NCBI GenBank assembly: GCA_964512315.1
Contig: CAZEIK010000001.1
Coordinates: forward strand, 20,408-84,407
Length of the DNA stretch: 64,000 bases
Origin: an uncultured Candidatus Saccharibacteria bacterium
GTDB lineage: Bacteria > Patescibacteriota > Minisyncoccia > Phycocordibacterales > UBA5272
Direction of reading: 5' to 3'
The notes under the pieces were generated by a model that saw nothing but the letters and a program-made list of their open reading frames with translations, was not told the origin of the DNA and made no database searches. The number at the start of each line of letters is the position of its first letter. Position 1 is the first letter of the stretch. This document shows positions 18,739-28,814 of this stretch, piece after piece. Made by a program: the position numbers and the translations under genes.

Positions 18739-19311
18739 TTATTCTTGTAAAGCTTCTTTTAACAGTTCTGGGAATTCTCTTGTATTCATATCTTCCAAAC
18801 AAAAGTGCCCGTAGTTTTCAAAGTTAACCAATTTAATATTTTGAATAGATTCGGTTATTTTCTCGATGCTATCTTTAACTGTCTGGTCGTCGTTAGATGA
18901 TGCAAAAATAGTAATACCTGAAGTTTTTAAAGTTAAGTTACCATCTAAGTGCAGATTATTAAACATCTCAATCTCTTCTTCGCCTTTTGAATTTATCCAA
19001 GGCGCAACAAGAACAACTTTTCCTACTTTTATATTATTTTCTGAGAGAAATTTAACAATAAATCCAGCGCCACAAGAATGTCCTACAAGAATAGTGTCTT
19101 CATTAATTTCAAACCGCTCAAAAACAGACAGCCACTTTTCATAGTTTGGGTTGTAGGATTCAGGCATTTCTGGTGCATATGAAGGTGTTCCATTTATTTC
19201 CAAATGCTCTTTTAACCAGGGTAGCCAGTGGGACCCAGATTCGCTATTTAGGTTAGGGTCCAAATATTCTTTTTTATCAGACATTCCATGAATTATTATC
19301 GCAGTTTTCAT
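18739..19311 (-). CDS. RBBP9/YdeN-family alpha/beta hydrolase
   Basis: IIHG, HWLPWL, GHSCG, LVAPW, GHF. Confidence 0.9.
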   Translation of the reverse strand: MKTAIIIHGMSDKKEYLDPNLNSESGSHWLPWLKEHLEINGTPSYAPEMPESYNPNYEKWLSVFERFEINEDTILVGHSCGAGFIVKFLSENNIKVGKVVLVAPWINSKGEEEIEMFNNLHLDGNLTLKTSGITIFASSNDDQTVKDSIEKITESIQNIKLVNFENYGHFCLEDMNTREFPELLKEALQE

Positions 19312-19318
19312 GTAAAAT

Positions 19319-19393
19319 TGGTGACCTTACGGGGAATCGAACCCCGATTTGAGCCGTGAGAGGGCTCTGTCCTAACCGTTAGACGATAAGGCC
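19319..19393 (-). tRNA. tRNA-Glu (CTC)
   Basis: Reverse complement GGCCTTATCGTCTAACGGTTAGGACAGAGCCCT-CTC-ACGGCTC...GGTTCGATTCC...GGTCACCA; cloverleaf with encoded CCA. Confidence 0.95.
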
Positions 19394-19479
19394 AATTTAT
19401 AGATAATAACATATATATAGAGAATTAGCAAAAACCCTTATAAGATAAGGCTTTTCTAGATAGTTTGACCCTAAAAGAC

Positions 19480-19508
19480 TTGACAAAAGTATATGAGTAT
19501 GCTACAAT
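19480..19508 (+). promoter_or_regulatory. Near-consensus sigma70 promoter
   Basis: TTGACA-17 nt-TACAAT with TGn extension. Confidence 0.75.
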
Positions 19509-19598
19509 GCTTGACAGCTGGGATATCAATTTGTTAGTATATCCAGCATTCGTTCCTAAAATCAGTTCAGAAGTTGGTAGAGCTCATACTACTGCATC

Positions 19599-20129
19599 AT
19601 GCTAAAAAATATACAAAAATTCGGTGCCGTATTTGCCTTCGTTCCATTATTCGCAATACCAGCTACCGAACTAAATATTGCTCCTAATACAAGCCTTGTC
19701 GCTAACGACGTAGGCGCCAGTGTTGAGGAGATACGTGAGGAAAGGGCTGCTAAGATAGAGAAATATTTCTCGGATCGTAGTATGCCACTACAGGACAATG
19801 CTATGAAATTCGTTCTCGAGTCAGAGAAGTACGGACTAGACTGGAGACTGTTACCTGCGATCTCAGTACGTGAGTCGTCAGGTGGTAAGAATGCTTGTTA
19901 TAACAACCCATTCGGTTGGGGATCTTGTAAGATTAAATTCAGTAACTATGACGAAGCCATCGAGGCACTTGCGAAAAATCTTGGTGGTGCCAACAAGAAG
20001 ACAGCCTATTACTATGCAGGTAAGTCTGTAGAGGAAAAACTTTATTACTATAACGGTACTGTGGTTCCAACATATCCAAAAGAAGTGATGGCGATCATGG
20101 ACAAGTTAGATAAAGTTGAGTTAGATTAA
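19599..20129 (+). CDS. Secreted lysozyme-like / glucosaminidase-like protein
   Basis: Signal peptide; YGLDWRLLPAISVRESSGGK, NPFGWG, YN..Y. Confidence 0.75.
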   Translation: MLKNIQKFGAVFAFVPLFAIPATELNIAPNTSLVANDVGASVEEIREERAAKIEKYFSDRSMPLQDNAMKFVLESEKYGLDWRLLPAISVRESSGGKNACYNNPFGWGSCKIKFSNYDEAIEALAKNLGGANKKTAYYYAGKSVEEKLYYYNGTVVPTYPKEVMAIMDKLDKVELD

Positions 20130-20142
20130 AATGGAAATTAGA

Positions 20143-20174
20143 AAACGCGCGACCCTCAAGAGGGTCGCGCGTTT
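20143..20174. terminator. Bidirectional terminator
   Basis: AAACGCGCGACCCTC-aa-GAGGGTCGCGCGTTT between convergent genes. Confidence 0.75.
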
Positions 20175-20179
20175 CGCGT

Positions 20180-20428
20180 TCACTCGCCGTGCCACCGTTC
20201 ACCATCTTCATCATGAATGATGTTTTTCATTATCACCCAGAAGAAGTTGATTGCTTCGAGTGTCTGCTTTGCGGCCATCTTGTAGCCGTGGCAAGCGACA
20301 GCAATGTCGCGTTCGGCAGAGTTCTTGATGGCGAACTCTTTGTCCAAGTAGTGACACAGAAACACTCCTAAGTAAAAGACTAGAGCTACGGCTACAAGAA
20401 AGCAGCCAAACACTTCCATCATTTCCAT
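20180..20428 (-). CDS. Hypothetical small membrane protein (orphan)
   Basis: Strong AGGAGG SD upstream of ATG; one TM segment. Confidence 0.6.
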   Translation of the reverse strand: MEMMEVFGCFLVAVALVFYLGVFLCHYLDKEFAIKNSAERDIAVACHGYKMAAKQTLEAINFFWVIMKNIIHDEDGERWHGE

Positions 20429-20467
20429 TTTGTACCTCCTGGATGCAATCTACAACTATATTTGAAT

Positions 20468-23400
20468 TTATGCAAGAGGCTTGATTTCGTCTAACACCAT
20501 TGTCTTGTCGCCGTTGCGACTTGCTGCTTTGCCTTTGATTATGACAGTTGTATCTTTTTTAATCTTGTCTTTGAATTTCTCATAACTTTCTGGGAATACC
20601 GCTATTTCAAAATTAGAAGAATAGTCACGCACTCCAACTAGAGCCATACGAGCACCTTTTTTTGTTTTGGTTATTTTGACACTTTCTATTAATACAGCGA
20701 GTGTGATCTCGGTGTTATCTTTGATCGCATCTTGTACTGTTCTTATGTCTATACCGCGAGCTTGTATGCGATCTTTCCAAGGATCAAGAGGGAATCCTGA
20801 TACATACAGTCCAAGCAATTCCTTTTCCCATTCTAGCTTTTGTAGGTGAGGTGTAGGTTCAGCCTTTTTTAATTTGAAGCTCGGAGCTTCGATAATGCCG
20901 AACAGTGAGTCCTGCCCACCGCTATCTTTTACTGTCTGCTTGTGATACTCGAGTATCTCGTCCATGTTGTGTATTATTTCGTTGCGCTCAGCGAATTGAT
21001 CGAGTGCTCCACACATAGCCAAAGCCTCAAGAGACTTCTTGTTTAGATTTTTGTGCTTAACGCGAGAGATGAAGTCTTCAAAAGTTTTGTAAGGGCCGTT
21101 GTCTAGTCTTTCTTTTATTATTGCGTCAGATATATCAACGCCAAGATTTTTAATTGTATAAAGTCCAAAGCGTATCTCTTCTTCATCTCTCTCATTTTTT
21201 ACAATTTCAAATCCGCCTAGCGAGTGATTAACATCAGGAGGCAGAACATTAATACCCATGCGTTTACATTCTGAGACAATTTCGGATATTTTATCTATGT
21301 CACCAGACTCATGTGTAAGTATGGCTGTCATGTAAGCGTAAGGGTAATTAGCCTTCATATAGCTGGTCTGATACGCCACACGACCGTAACTCGCTGCGTG
21401 GGCTTTGTTGAATCCATACGCCGCGAACGGCTCGATACGAGACCACAGCTCGTCAGATTTTGCTTTTGAGAGTCCGTGCTCGAGGAATCCTTTCATTAGC
21501 TTTTCTTTTTGCTCGGCCATTTCAGCTGGGATTTTCTTTCCCATAGCTTTACGTAACTTGTCAGCCTCAAGCCAAGAGTAACCTGCCAAGTGTATCGCGA
21601 TTAACATCACGTCATCTTGATATACGATTACACCGAATGATTGATCTAGTATTTGTTCGAGGCGAGGGTCTAGGAACTCTATTAACTCAGGATTGTGCTT
21701 ACGCTTGATATATTCCGGTATCATCTCGAGAGGCCCAGGGCGATACAGTGCCACCATAGCGTTAATATCGAATATAGTAGAAGGACGAAGCTCTTTTAAG
21801 AATCTTGTCATACCACTACCGTTAAGTTGGAATAGGCCTTCAGTCTCGCCACGAGCTAGCATGTCGAAAGTCTTCTTGTCGTCGAGTGGTATCTCTTCAA
21901 TGTCTATTACTTTATTATATTTTTTTTCTACTATTTCCAGAGCGGTCGCTAGTATTGAAAGGTTACGAATACCAAGGAAGTCGAATTTGAGTAATCCAGC
22001 ATCTTCAATAGTGTACATGTCGTATTGAGTGATTAGTTTGCCTTCACCTTTAGGGTCGTATTGTATAGGTGAGAACTCCCAAATCGGGGCAGGGGATATA
22101 ACAGTACCTGCCGCATGCACTGACACATGCCTCACACAACCTTCTACCTTTTTGGCCATATCTAGGATTATGGCTGCATCACGATCACCTTCATACATTT
22201 CTTTTAGCTCAGGCACTTCTTGTATTGCGCTATCAATAAAAACTGGGAAGCCTTGCTTGGGTGGTGGTATCATTCTTGATATTTTGTCACCAACAACATA
22301 AGGGAACTTCATGGCGCGCGCAACGTCACGTACTGCACCGCGTGCCATCATAGTACCAAATGTACCGATCTGGGCTACGTGGTCTGCACCGTATTTGCGT
22401 CTCGCATAGTCGAGAACGTCGTCACGGCGGTCGTCGGCATAGTCCATATCGATGTCCGGTGCCGAAGGGCGCTCAGGATTAAGGAATCTTTCAAAAGGTA
22501 ATTTGTATTCGAAGGGGTTACATTTTGTAATACGAAGTAGATATGTAACTAAGGATCCCGCCACTGATCCACGAATGTTAGTTAGGACTTTGTTCTCACG
22601 TGCGAAGCGTAACAGGTCATACACAACCAAGAAGTAAGGCGAGTAACCTTTGTCCTTGATTACTTTTAGTTCATAGTCTAATCTTTTTATAACTTCTTCA
22701 GTTGGCTCTAGCTTTCTGTCTGTTAGGCCTTTATAAGCAAGCTCGCGCAAGTCCTCGTCATAACTTTTATTGAATTCAATAGCGGGGAACACCCAGGCCC
22801 CTAGTGGTATTTCAAAATTAATCTCATCAGCAATCTTTACTGTGTTCTCTACGGCCTCAGGTACATCTTGGAACTTTTCTTTTATTTCGGCTTGTGACAA
22901 ATAAGAGAAGTCCGCAAGGGCAAAGTTAACTTTGTAGTATTCTGATGCATCTATGTCATTGTGAACACTTATAAGTGTTTTGTGTGCTGACTTATCACTT
23001 GGTGAGAGATAGTGAGTGTTAATGGTGGCTACCATCGGTATATTATTCTCCTTGGCAAAGTTAATTACATTGGCACGCATCTGGGCCCCATAATCCATAA
23101 ATGTGTGTGGCGTTACCTCCAAATATATATCTTCAAAATATTCTTTGTATGTGTCGTATATTGATCGAGCTTTTACTGTGTCATTTGTTTTTAATGCATC
23201 TGCAATCTCGCCCCAAGGGCCACCGTCTAACATTATGATGCCGCTCGATACGCCTGGCAGGTCTGACAATTCTAAATACGGCTCCTTGATATCTATACTT
23301 TTAAGATGAGCAACGGACACGAGACGCATCAAGTTCTTGTACCCATCTAATGTCTTAGCAAGCAAGACTACGGTGTACAGTCTCTCGGACTTTTTTATTT

Positions 23401-23602
23401 TTAATTCAGATCCGATTATTGGCTTTATATTCTTTTTCTTACACTCTTTGTAGAATTCAATCGCTCCATACATATTGTCATAATCAGTGAGAGCGAGTGC
23501 GGTGTATCCGTGAGATATTGTCTTCTTAACAAGGGCGTCAACTTTTGGTAGTGCGCGCAGTAAGGAATAGTGGGAGTGATTGCGTAGCGATACGAAGCTC
23601 AT
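20468..23602 (-). CDS. dnaE: DNA polymerase III subunit alpha
   Basis: HSHYSLL PHP domain, PDIDMD, KFDFLG, YGFNKAHA, OB tail. Confidence 0.98.
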   Translation of the reverse strand: MSFVSLRNHSHYSLLRALPKVDALVKKTISHGYTALALTDYDNMYGAIEFYKECKKKNIKPIIGSELKIKKSERLYTVVLLAKTLDGYKNLMRLVSVAHLKSIDIKEPYLELSDLPGVSSGIIMLDGGPWGEIADALKTNDTVKARSIYDTYKEYFEDIYLEVTPHTFMDYGAQMRANVINFAKENNIPMVATINTHYLSPSDKSAHKTLISVHNDIDASEYYKVNFALADFSYLSQAEIKEKFQDVPEAVENTVKIADEINFEIPLGAWVFPAIEFNKSYDEDLRELAYKGLTDRKLEPTEEVIKRLDYELKVIKDKGYSPYFLVVYDLLRFARENKVLTNIRGSVAGSLVTYLLRITKCNPFEYKLPFERFLNPERPSAPDIDMDYADDRRDDVLDYARRKYGADHVAQIGTFGTMMARGAVRDVARAMKFPYVVGDKISRMIPPPKQGFPVFIDSAIQEVPELKEMYEGDRDAAIILDMAKKVEGCVRHVSVHAAGTVISPAPIWEFSPIQYDPKGEGKLITQYDMYTIEDAGLLKFDFLGIRNLSILATALEIVEKKYNKVIDIEEIPLDDKKTFDMLARGETEGLFQLNGSGMTRFLKELRPSTIFDINAMVALYRPGPLEMIPEYIKRKHNPELIEFLDPRLEQILDQSFGVIVYQDDVMLIAIHLAGYSWLEADKLRKAMGKKIPAEMAEQKEKLMKGFLEHGLSKAKSDELWSRIEPFAAYGFNKAHAASYGRVAYQTSYMKANYPYAYMTAILTHESGDIDKISEIVSECKRMGINVLPPDVNHSLGGFEIVKNERDEEEIRFGLYTIKNLGVDISDAIIKERLDNGPYKTFEDFISRVKHKNLNKKSLEALAMCGALDQFAERNEIIHNMDEILEYHKQTVKDSGGQDSLFGIIEAPSFKLKKAEPTPHLQKLEWEKELLGLYVSGFPLDPWKDRIQARGIDIRTVQDAIKDNTEITLAVLIESVKITKTKKGARMALVGVRDYSSNFEIAVFPESYEKFKDKIKKDTTVIIKGKAASRNGDKTMVLDEIKPLA

Positions 23603-23617
23603 GCTATGATTATACCA
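23602..23617. promoter_or_regulatory. Overlapping divergent extended -10 promoters for dnaE and rnhB
   Basis: + strand TGC-TATGAT-6 nt-ATG; - strand TGG-TATAAT-6 nt-ATG, within a 14-bp gap. Confidence 0.7.
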
Positions 23618-24195
23618 TGCTCGGAATAGATGAGGTTGGCAGGGGTCCGCTCGCAGGACCGGTTACAATTTGCCTATTTTACGCCCCCAAAAGTCTAGAC
23701 CTTTTAAGTCTTTTCGAAGACAGAAAGTTAAAAGATTCCAAAAAGTTGTCGAAGAAAAAGAGAGAAGAAATATACAGAAGCCTGCAAGAATTAAGACAGA
23801 AAAATAAAGTAGACTGGGTTGTTCTCAGCAGGTCAGCCAAAGATATAGATAAGTTTGGAATTAGCAAATGTATATATAAGAGCATACAAAAAGGGTTGAA
23901 TAACTTTCCTAATGTAAAGAAGAAGGATATTAAGTTAGATGGAGCTTTGCCAAAAGAGTTCGGTGAGATAATTATAAAAGGAGATGAGAAGGTGCCAGTT
24001 ATTGCTCTCGCTAGCATAGTCGCCAAGGTCACAAGGGATAGATATATGAAGTCTCTCGACAAGAAAGTGCCTGGTTATGGGTTCGCGCAACATGCAGGAT
24101 ATGGCTCGGCCGCGCATCGCGCGGCCGTCAGGTCCCTCGGCCCCAGCAAATACCACAGAATTACATATCTCGGCCGCACATTGCAAAAAAGCTAG
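23617..24195 (+). CDS. rnhB: Ribonuclease HII
   Basis: GIDEVGRGPLAGPV, DSKKL, KGD, ASIVAKVTRD. Confidence 0.95.
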   Translation: MLGIDEVGRGPLAGPVTICLFYAPKSLDLLSLFEDRKLKDSKKLSKKKREEIYRSLQELRQKNKVDWVVLSRSAKDIDKFGISKCIYKSIQKGLNNFPNVKKKDIKLDGALPKEFGEIIIKGDEKVPVIALASIVAKVTRDRYMKSLDKKVPGYGFAQHAGYGSAAHRAAVRSLGPSKYHRITYLGRTLQKS

Positions 24196-24218
24196 ATTTG
24201 TAGTATAATATTGTGACT

Positions 24219-24401
24219 ATGGTAGTAAGAATGAGACACACAAGAGCACACACAGGCAATCGCCGTGCTCATCATGCATTGAAATCTTTGAATCTCGCAG
24301 CATGTCCTAATTGTAATGCGGTAATACGCCCACATCGTGTTTGCGACGCTTGTGGATTTTATAAAGGTAAACAAGTAATAACAGTTAAAAAAACCTCTTA
24401 A
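24219..24401 (+). CDS. rpmF: 50S ribosomal protein L32
   Basis: RHTRAHTGNRRAH, CPNC, PHRVCDACGFY. Confidence 0.95.
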   Translation: MVVRMRHTRAHTGNRRAHHALKSLNLAACPNCNAVIRPHRVCDACGFYKGKQVITVKKTS

Positions 24402-24433
24402 CAAACTAATCAGTTCTTTCTAAACTAAATATT

Positions 24434-25315
24434 ATGAGTGCGAGACACACAGGAAGGGTAATAGCGATGCAGACAATGTATGAGCTGGACATTAACGAAA
24501 GCCTTGGAGTCTCTCATGCGGAGGCTAAGAATGTGTTGCGTCATAATATAGAAGAGTTTGGAAGTGCTTTGCGTGAGACTGAATTTGTAGAGAAGTTATT
24601 ATTGGATACATTATCGAGAATTACTACTCTCGATGAGATTATACAAAAGGCAGCTCCTGAGTGGCCAATGGATAAGATAAGCATAGTAGACAGAAATGTC
24701 TTACGTGTTGGTCTTTGTGAGTTACTTTTTGGAGATAGGGATCATGTTCCTCCAAAAGTAGCTATCGACGAGGCTATTGAGATTGCAAAGGAGTACGGTG
24801 GTGAGTCTAGCGGTAGATTTGTTAATGGTGTACTTGGCGCTGTGTACAAGGAGATGGGTGAGCCTGGCAAAAAGGAATCTTCTCAGAAGCCTATAACAGT
24901 CGAAGAGTTAGTTGGAGTGATAGTCACTAGCACTTATGGTGATAAGAAATATGTTGGTATGGTGCATGACATATTTGGACATTGGACTTTGTGCAAGTCA
25001 CACAAAGCAGAAGGCGAGTCTATAGATGAAGCTGTTGCTCGTGTTGTCAAAAAGGAGTTCGGCTTAAGTGGAGCAACTGTTGTCGAGAAGATAGGTCAGA
25101 ATGCCTATGTAGCTCATCATCCTGAGAAGGGTAAGGTGCGCAAGCAAGTTGAGTATTACTTGGCTAGGACTAATCACGAGGCTCCAAAAGTCGAAGACAG
25201 TAAAGGTCTAGACGATGCAAAGTGGTGGAGGTTGGACGAGGTAAGCATCTTGCCAGTGTATGAAGATATGAGGCCAATCATTTTAAAGGCAGTAGATATA
25301 GTAGCAAATGAATAG
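24434..25315 (+). CDS. nusB: NusB fused to a C-terminal NUDIX-like domain
   Basis: RH.GR..AMQ, DRNVLR, VAIDEAIEIAK, FVNGVL; then HWTLCKSH..EGES..AV.R..KEFG. Confidence 0.88.
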   Translation: MSARHTGRVIAMQTMYELDINESLGVSHAEAKNVLRHNIEEFGSALRETEFVEKLLLDTLSRITTLDEIIQKAAPEWPMDKISIVDRNVLRVGLCELLFGDRDHVPPKVAIDEAIEIAKEYGGESSGRFVNGVLGAVYKEMGEPGKKESSQKPITVEELVGVIVTSTYGDKKYVGMVHDIFGHWTLCKSHKAEGESIDEAVARVVKKEFGLSGATVVEKIGQNAYVAHHPEKGKVRKQVEYYLARTNHEAPKVEDSKGLDDAKWWRLDEVSILPVYEDMRPIILKAVDIVANE

Positions 25316-26003
25316 TTTAGAAATAATTTTAAATAAAAATAATATAACTCCTAAAAAAATAGAGTTGTATGAGCAAGCTTTTGTACACAGGAGCTTTATC
25401 AACGAGAATCCAAAATTCAAATTAGGGCACAACGAAAGATTAGAATTCTTGGGTGACTCGGTCCTCGAGTTGATTGTGACTGACGCGTTGTATTTCAAAT
25501 ATCCGGACCATTCAGAAGGCGACCTTACTTCTTATCGTGCCGCATTAGTTAACACTACCTCGATCGGTGAGACGGCTTATAATTTGGGATTCAATGACTT
25601 ATTAAAATTATCCAAAGGCGAGCAGAAGGATACTGGCAAGGCGAGACTATCTATCTTGGCTGACACTTATGAGGCCTTTTTGGGAGCTCTTTATTTGGAT
25701 CTCGGATATGACAGATGCGTATCTTGGGTAAAGGAGACACTGCTAATCAACACAGACAATATTGTTCGTGGGGGATTGTTCAAAGACCCTAAGTCATTAG
25801 TTCAAGAGAAGGCTCAAGAGAAGTTACAAGTCACACCTAGTTATAAGACTATATCTGAGACAGGTCCTGATCATGATAAGTTGTTTGTGGTTGGTATATA
25901 TTTTGGTAATGACATGGTCTCGGATGGAAGCGGTAAAAGCAAACAAGAAGCCGAAGTCTCTGCTGCAAAAGCAGCTTTAGCTAAATACAAATGGACAAGT
26001 TAA
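25308..26003 (+). CDS. rnc: Ribonuclease III
   Basis: HNERLEFLGDSVL, dsRBD GPDH...GKSKQEAE. Confidence 0.97.
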   Translation: MNSLEIILNKNNITPKKIELYEQAFVHRSFINENPKFKLGHNERLEFLGDSVLELIVTDALYFKYPDHSEGDLTSYRAALVNTTSIGETAYNLGFNDLLKLSKGEQKDTGKARLSILADTYEAFLGALYLDLGYDRCVSWVKETLLINTDNIVRGGLFKDPKSLVQEKAQEKLQVTPSYKTISETGPDHDKLFVVGIYFGNDMVSDGSGKSKQEAEVSAAKAALAKYKWTS

Positions 26004-26713
26004 GATTGGATGTTTTTCTTGTGGAGAGTGGTCTGTGCAAGTCCAGGACATCAGCCAAAGTTTTGATAGAAGATGGTAAGGTTTCGGTTAATAATTTGAT
26101 TGAGAATCAGCCTAGCAAAAAAGTTTCAAAAGAAGATAATGTGGTATTGCTCGAGCAGCAGAAGTTCGTATCTCGTGGAGGAGAGAAGTTAGAGGGGGCG
26201 TTAAACTTTTTTGGAATTAATCCAGAAGGGAAAACTGCAATTGATGTCGGCTCATCAACTGGAGGCTTTACCGATTGCTTGCTACAACATGGAGCAGTCC
26301 ATGTCACAGCTGTTGATGTTGGACGAGATCAATTTGACCAAACTCTTTTAAATAAAAACAAAGACAAAATAAGTCTTTTTGAAGGGATGGATATTAGAGA
26401 TTTTAATATGGGAACAAGTTATGACTTGTTAGTCTGTGACTTATCATTTATTTCTATTCGTAATGTAGTTGAAAGTTTTTATAAACTTTTAAAAGTTGGT
26501 GGCGTTGGAGTAATACTTGTGAAGCCACAATTTGAAGTTGGTAAAGGCAATACAAAAAAGGGTATAGTGCGCGAATTAGAATTGCGTGAGCAGGCTCTCG
26601 CTGATGTGGTATCAGAGTTAGAAAAGCACAACTTCAAAATACTCGGTACTTGTGACTCGCCAATACAAGGTGGTGATGGCAATCACGAGTATTTCGTCTG
26701 TATACAAAAGTAA
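25991..26713 (+). CDS. tlyA: TlyA family RNA methyltransferase
   Basis: S4 domain, FVSRGGEKL, DVGSSTGGFT, VKPQFE, GGDGN. Confidence 0.95.
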   Translation: MDKLRLDVFLVESGLCKSRTSAKVLIEDGKVSVNNLIENQPSKKVSKEDNVVLLEQQKFVSRGGEKLEGALNFFGINPEGKTAIDVGSSTGGFTDCLLQHGAVHVTAVDVGRDQFDQTLLNKNKDKISLFEGMDIRDFNMGTSYDLLVCDLSFISIRNVVESFYKLLKVGGVGVILVKPQFEVGKGNTKKGIVRELELREQALADVVSELEKHNFKILGTCDSPIQGGDGNHEYFVCIQK

Positions 26714-26715
26714 TA

Positions 26716-28203
26716 TTATTTAACCCCAGAGATTTTGCCTAGATCCAATGTCTTGTTGATGCCAACTTGGCGAACGAAGTCGTTAACGTGAGATACAAGT
26801 ATCAGAACTCCTTGATAATTCTTGAGTGCTTCAGCGATAACTGGTATGTGCAAGAAGTTAACGTGATTAGTTGGTTCATCAATTATAAGTATTCCTGGCT
26901 CATACATAGTTATATATGCCCACATCAGCAATGCCTTCTGTCCCTCAGACAGTGACCCGATTTTTGTCGCCAACTCCTTACCGCCAATTAGGAACCCTGC
27001 CGCAACCGAGCGCAGATGTTGATCGTCGAGACGCTTGAATATTTTTGCTAGCTCCTCATATGCTGTCTTGTTGAAGTCTAGAGTAGAGAAGTCTTGTCTG
27101 TAATAACCGATCTTGATGTCATCTTTTATTTTGATACCTTGTGCATTAGGCTTGCCTATAAGGTTGAAGAAAGTTGTCTTACCGATTCCATTAGGGCCAA
27201 CTATTTGTAGTTTGTCACCTTTGCGCAAGTCTATTTCAACATCAAAATCTTTCTTTTGTCCTTCGACTAATAACTCGATACTTCTAATCTCAACAATGTT
27301 ACCTGACAACTCGTCAGAATTTTTAATATTGAATTTCTTGATTACGCGATCGTCTTTTCTTTCGTCCACCTTACTATCCTCCATCTCTTCTATTTCGTCA
27401 CGCAGCTTACTAGCAAGCTTTCTCATCTTTCCTCCTTTTAGTGCGAAGTAGTTAACTTTGTCTTTGTTCTCTTGTATCTCTTTGGCTAGCTGAGCGTTAG
27501 CTTTTCTTTCGGCCTCTTTTTTGCGTTCTATTTCTTCTAATGCTTTGAAATAGTTACCAACATATTGCTCAATCTTTTTGAATTGAGTGTTCACATACAC
27601 GATACCGTGAGTAAAGTCATTTAGGAATTTCTCATCGTGAGAGATAACTAGGGCAGTGCCTTCATAATCTTTCATGAACTCGGTCAGGTCCTTGATTCCA
27701 TTTTTATCTAGGTTGTTAGTCGGCTCGTCCATAAGCACAATGTCAGGATTAGCAACCAATGACTTTGCGATTAGTAGGCGGCCTTTCTGGCCACCGGACA
27801 GGTCCTTAATATGTTTGTCGAGTGGTATATTCCATTTCAACTTTTCAAATATTTTTTTAGAGCGTGGCTCGATGTCATACACCTTCTCGCTAAATGCCTT
27901 TTGCATATACTCCAATCCTGTCATGTGCCACTCTTCGTGGGGTATGTATTGCTCAGCGATAGAAATGTTTAGCTTGTTCTCCTCGACCACACGACCTTCA
28001 ACTGGCTTCAGTGTCCCCAAGACCATTTTGAATATTGTAGACTTGCCTGCACCATTTGGTCCCATCAGTGTTAATTTTGCTCCACGACGCAGAACAAAAG
28101 ACGACTCCTCGAGCAACATTTTGTTCTCCTCATATCCAAAAGACACATCTTCGAATCGAAGTAATACTTCTCCATGCTCTGGTACTGCTTTTTCTACTGC
28201 CAT
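26716..28203 (-). CDS. ABC-F family ATPase
   Basis: Two NBDs (GPNGAGKS, GPNGIGKT), DEPTN twice, no TM segments. Confidence 0.92.
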   Translation of the reverse strand: MAVEKAVPEHGEVLLRFEDVSFGYEENKMLLEESSFVLRRGAKLTLMGPNGAGKSTIFKMVLGTLKPVEGRVVEENKLNISIAEQYIPHEEWHMTGLEYMQKAFSEKVYDIEPRSKKIFEKLKWNIPLDKHIKDLSGGQKGRLLIAKSLVANPDIVLMDEPTNNLDKNGIKDLTEFMKDYEGTALVISHDEKFLNDFTHGIVYVNTQFKKIEQYVGNYFKALEEIERKKEAERKANAQLAKEIQENKDKVNYFALKGGKMRKLASKLRDEIEEMEDSKVDERKDDRVIKKFNIKNSDELSGNIVEIRSIELLVEGQKKDFDVEIDLRKGDKLQIVGPNGIGKTTFFNLIGKPNAQGIKIKDDIKIGYYRQDFSTLDFNKTAYEELAKIFKRLDDQHLRSVAAGFLIGGKELATKIGSLSEGQKALLMWAYITMYEPGILIIDEPTNHVNFLHIPVIAEALKNYQGVLILVSHVNDFVRQVGINKTLDLGKISGVK

Positions 28204-28307
28204 CTTTGTTTTGTCTTAAAATTTCTCGCAAATTATAACACATTTTTACTAATTTGAAAAGAAAAATAAAAACGCACATCAAATATGTGCGCCTCTACTT
28301 TTTCTAA

Positions 28308-28616
28308 CTATTCAGCCTTTTTGTCTATTTTGTTTAGTGGAGACTTCACAAAAACAAAATACACAACAGCGAGTACTGCACAGAAGTCTATAAGACTTGA
28401 GATGAATGCGCCGTACTTGAATGTGATGGTTGTAAGTGGGACAGTGTAGGCCATTTCGTTCAGGTTACCAGCTGAACCAGTTACGAATCCAATAACAGGG
28501 TTAAGTAAATTCTCTACAATGCTAGTAACAAACTTTGTCACAGCACCACCCATGATAATACCAACAGCGAGACCGAGTACACCTTTCTCGCGGATAAAAT
28601 GAATAAATTCTTTCAT
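28308..28616 (-). CDS. mscL: Large-conductance mechanosensitive channel
   Basis: KEFIHFI, LAVGIIMGGA, YGAFIS..IDF. Confidence 0.9.
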   Translation of the reverse strand: MKEFIHFIREKGVLGLAVGIIMGGAVTKFVTSIVENLLNPVIGFVTGSAGNLNEMAYTVPLTTITFKYGAFISSLIDFCAVLAVVYFVFVKSPLNKIDKKAE

Positions 28617-28699
28617 GTTTTTAAATTATTTTAAACCCATACTATGCAATATTATGAGTGTTATCAGTATAGCAGATTTGTGATATAATGTTCGTCATC

Positions 28700-28789
28700 G
28701 GAAACGTGGCTGAGCTGGTCTAAGGCACCTCACTGCTAACGAGGCGACCCCTTAAAGGTCCGTGGGTTCGAATCCCACCGTTTCCGCCA
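28700..28789 (+). tRNA. tRNA-Ser (GCT)
   Basis: GGAAACG...CT-GCT-AA, long variable arm, GGTTCGAATCC, CGTTTCCGCCA. Confidence 0.95.
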
Positions 28790-28814
28790 AGAGAATTTAT
28801 CACCAGATATTTAT

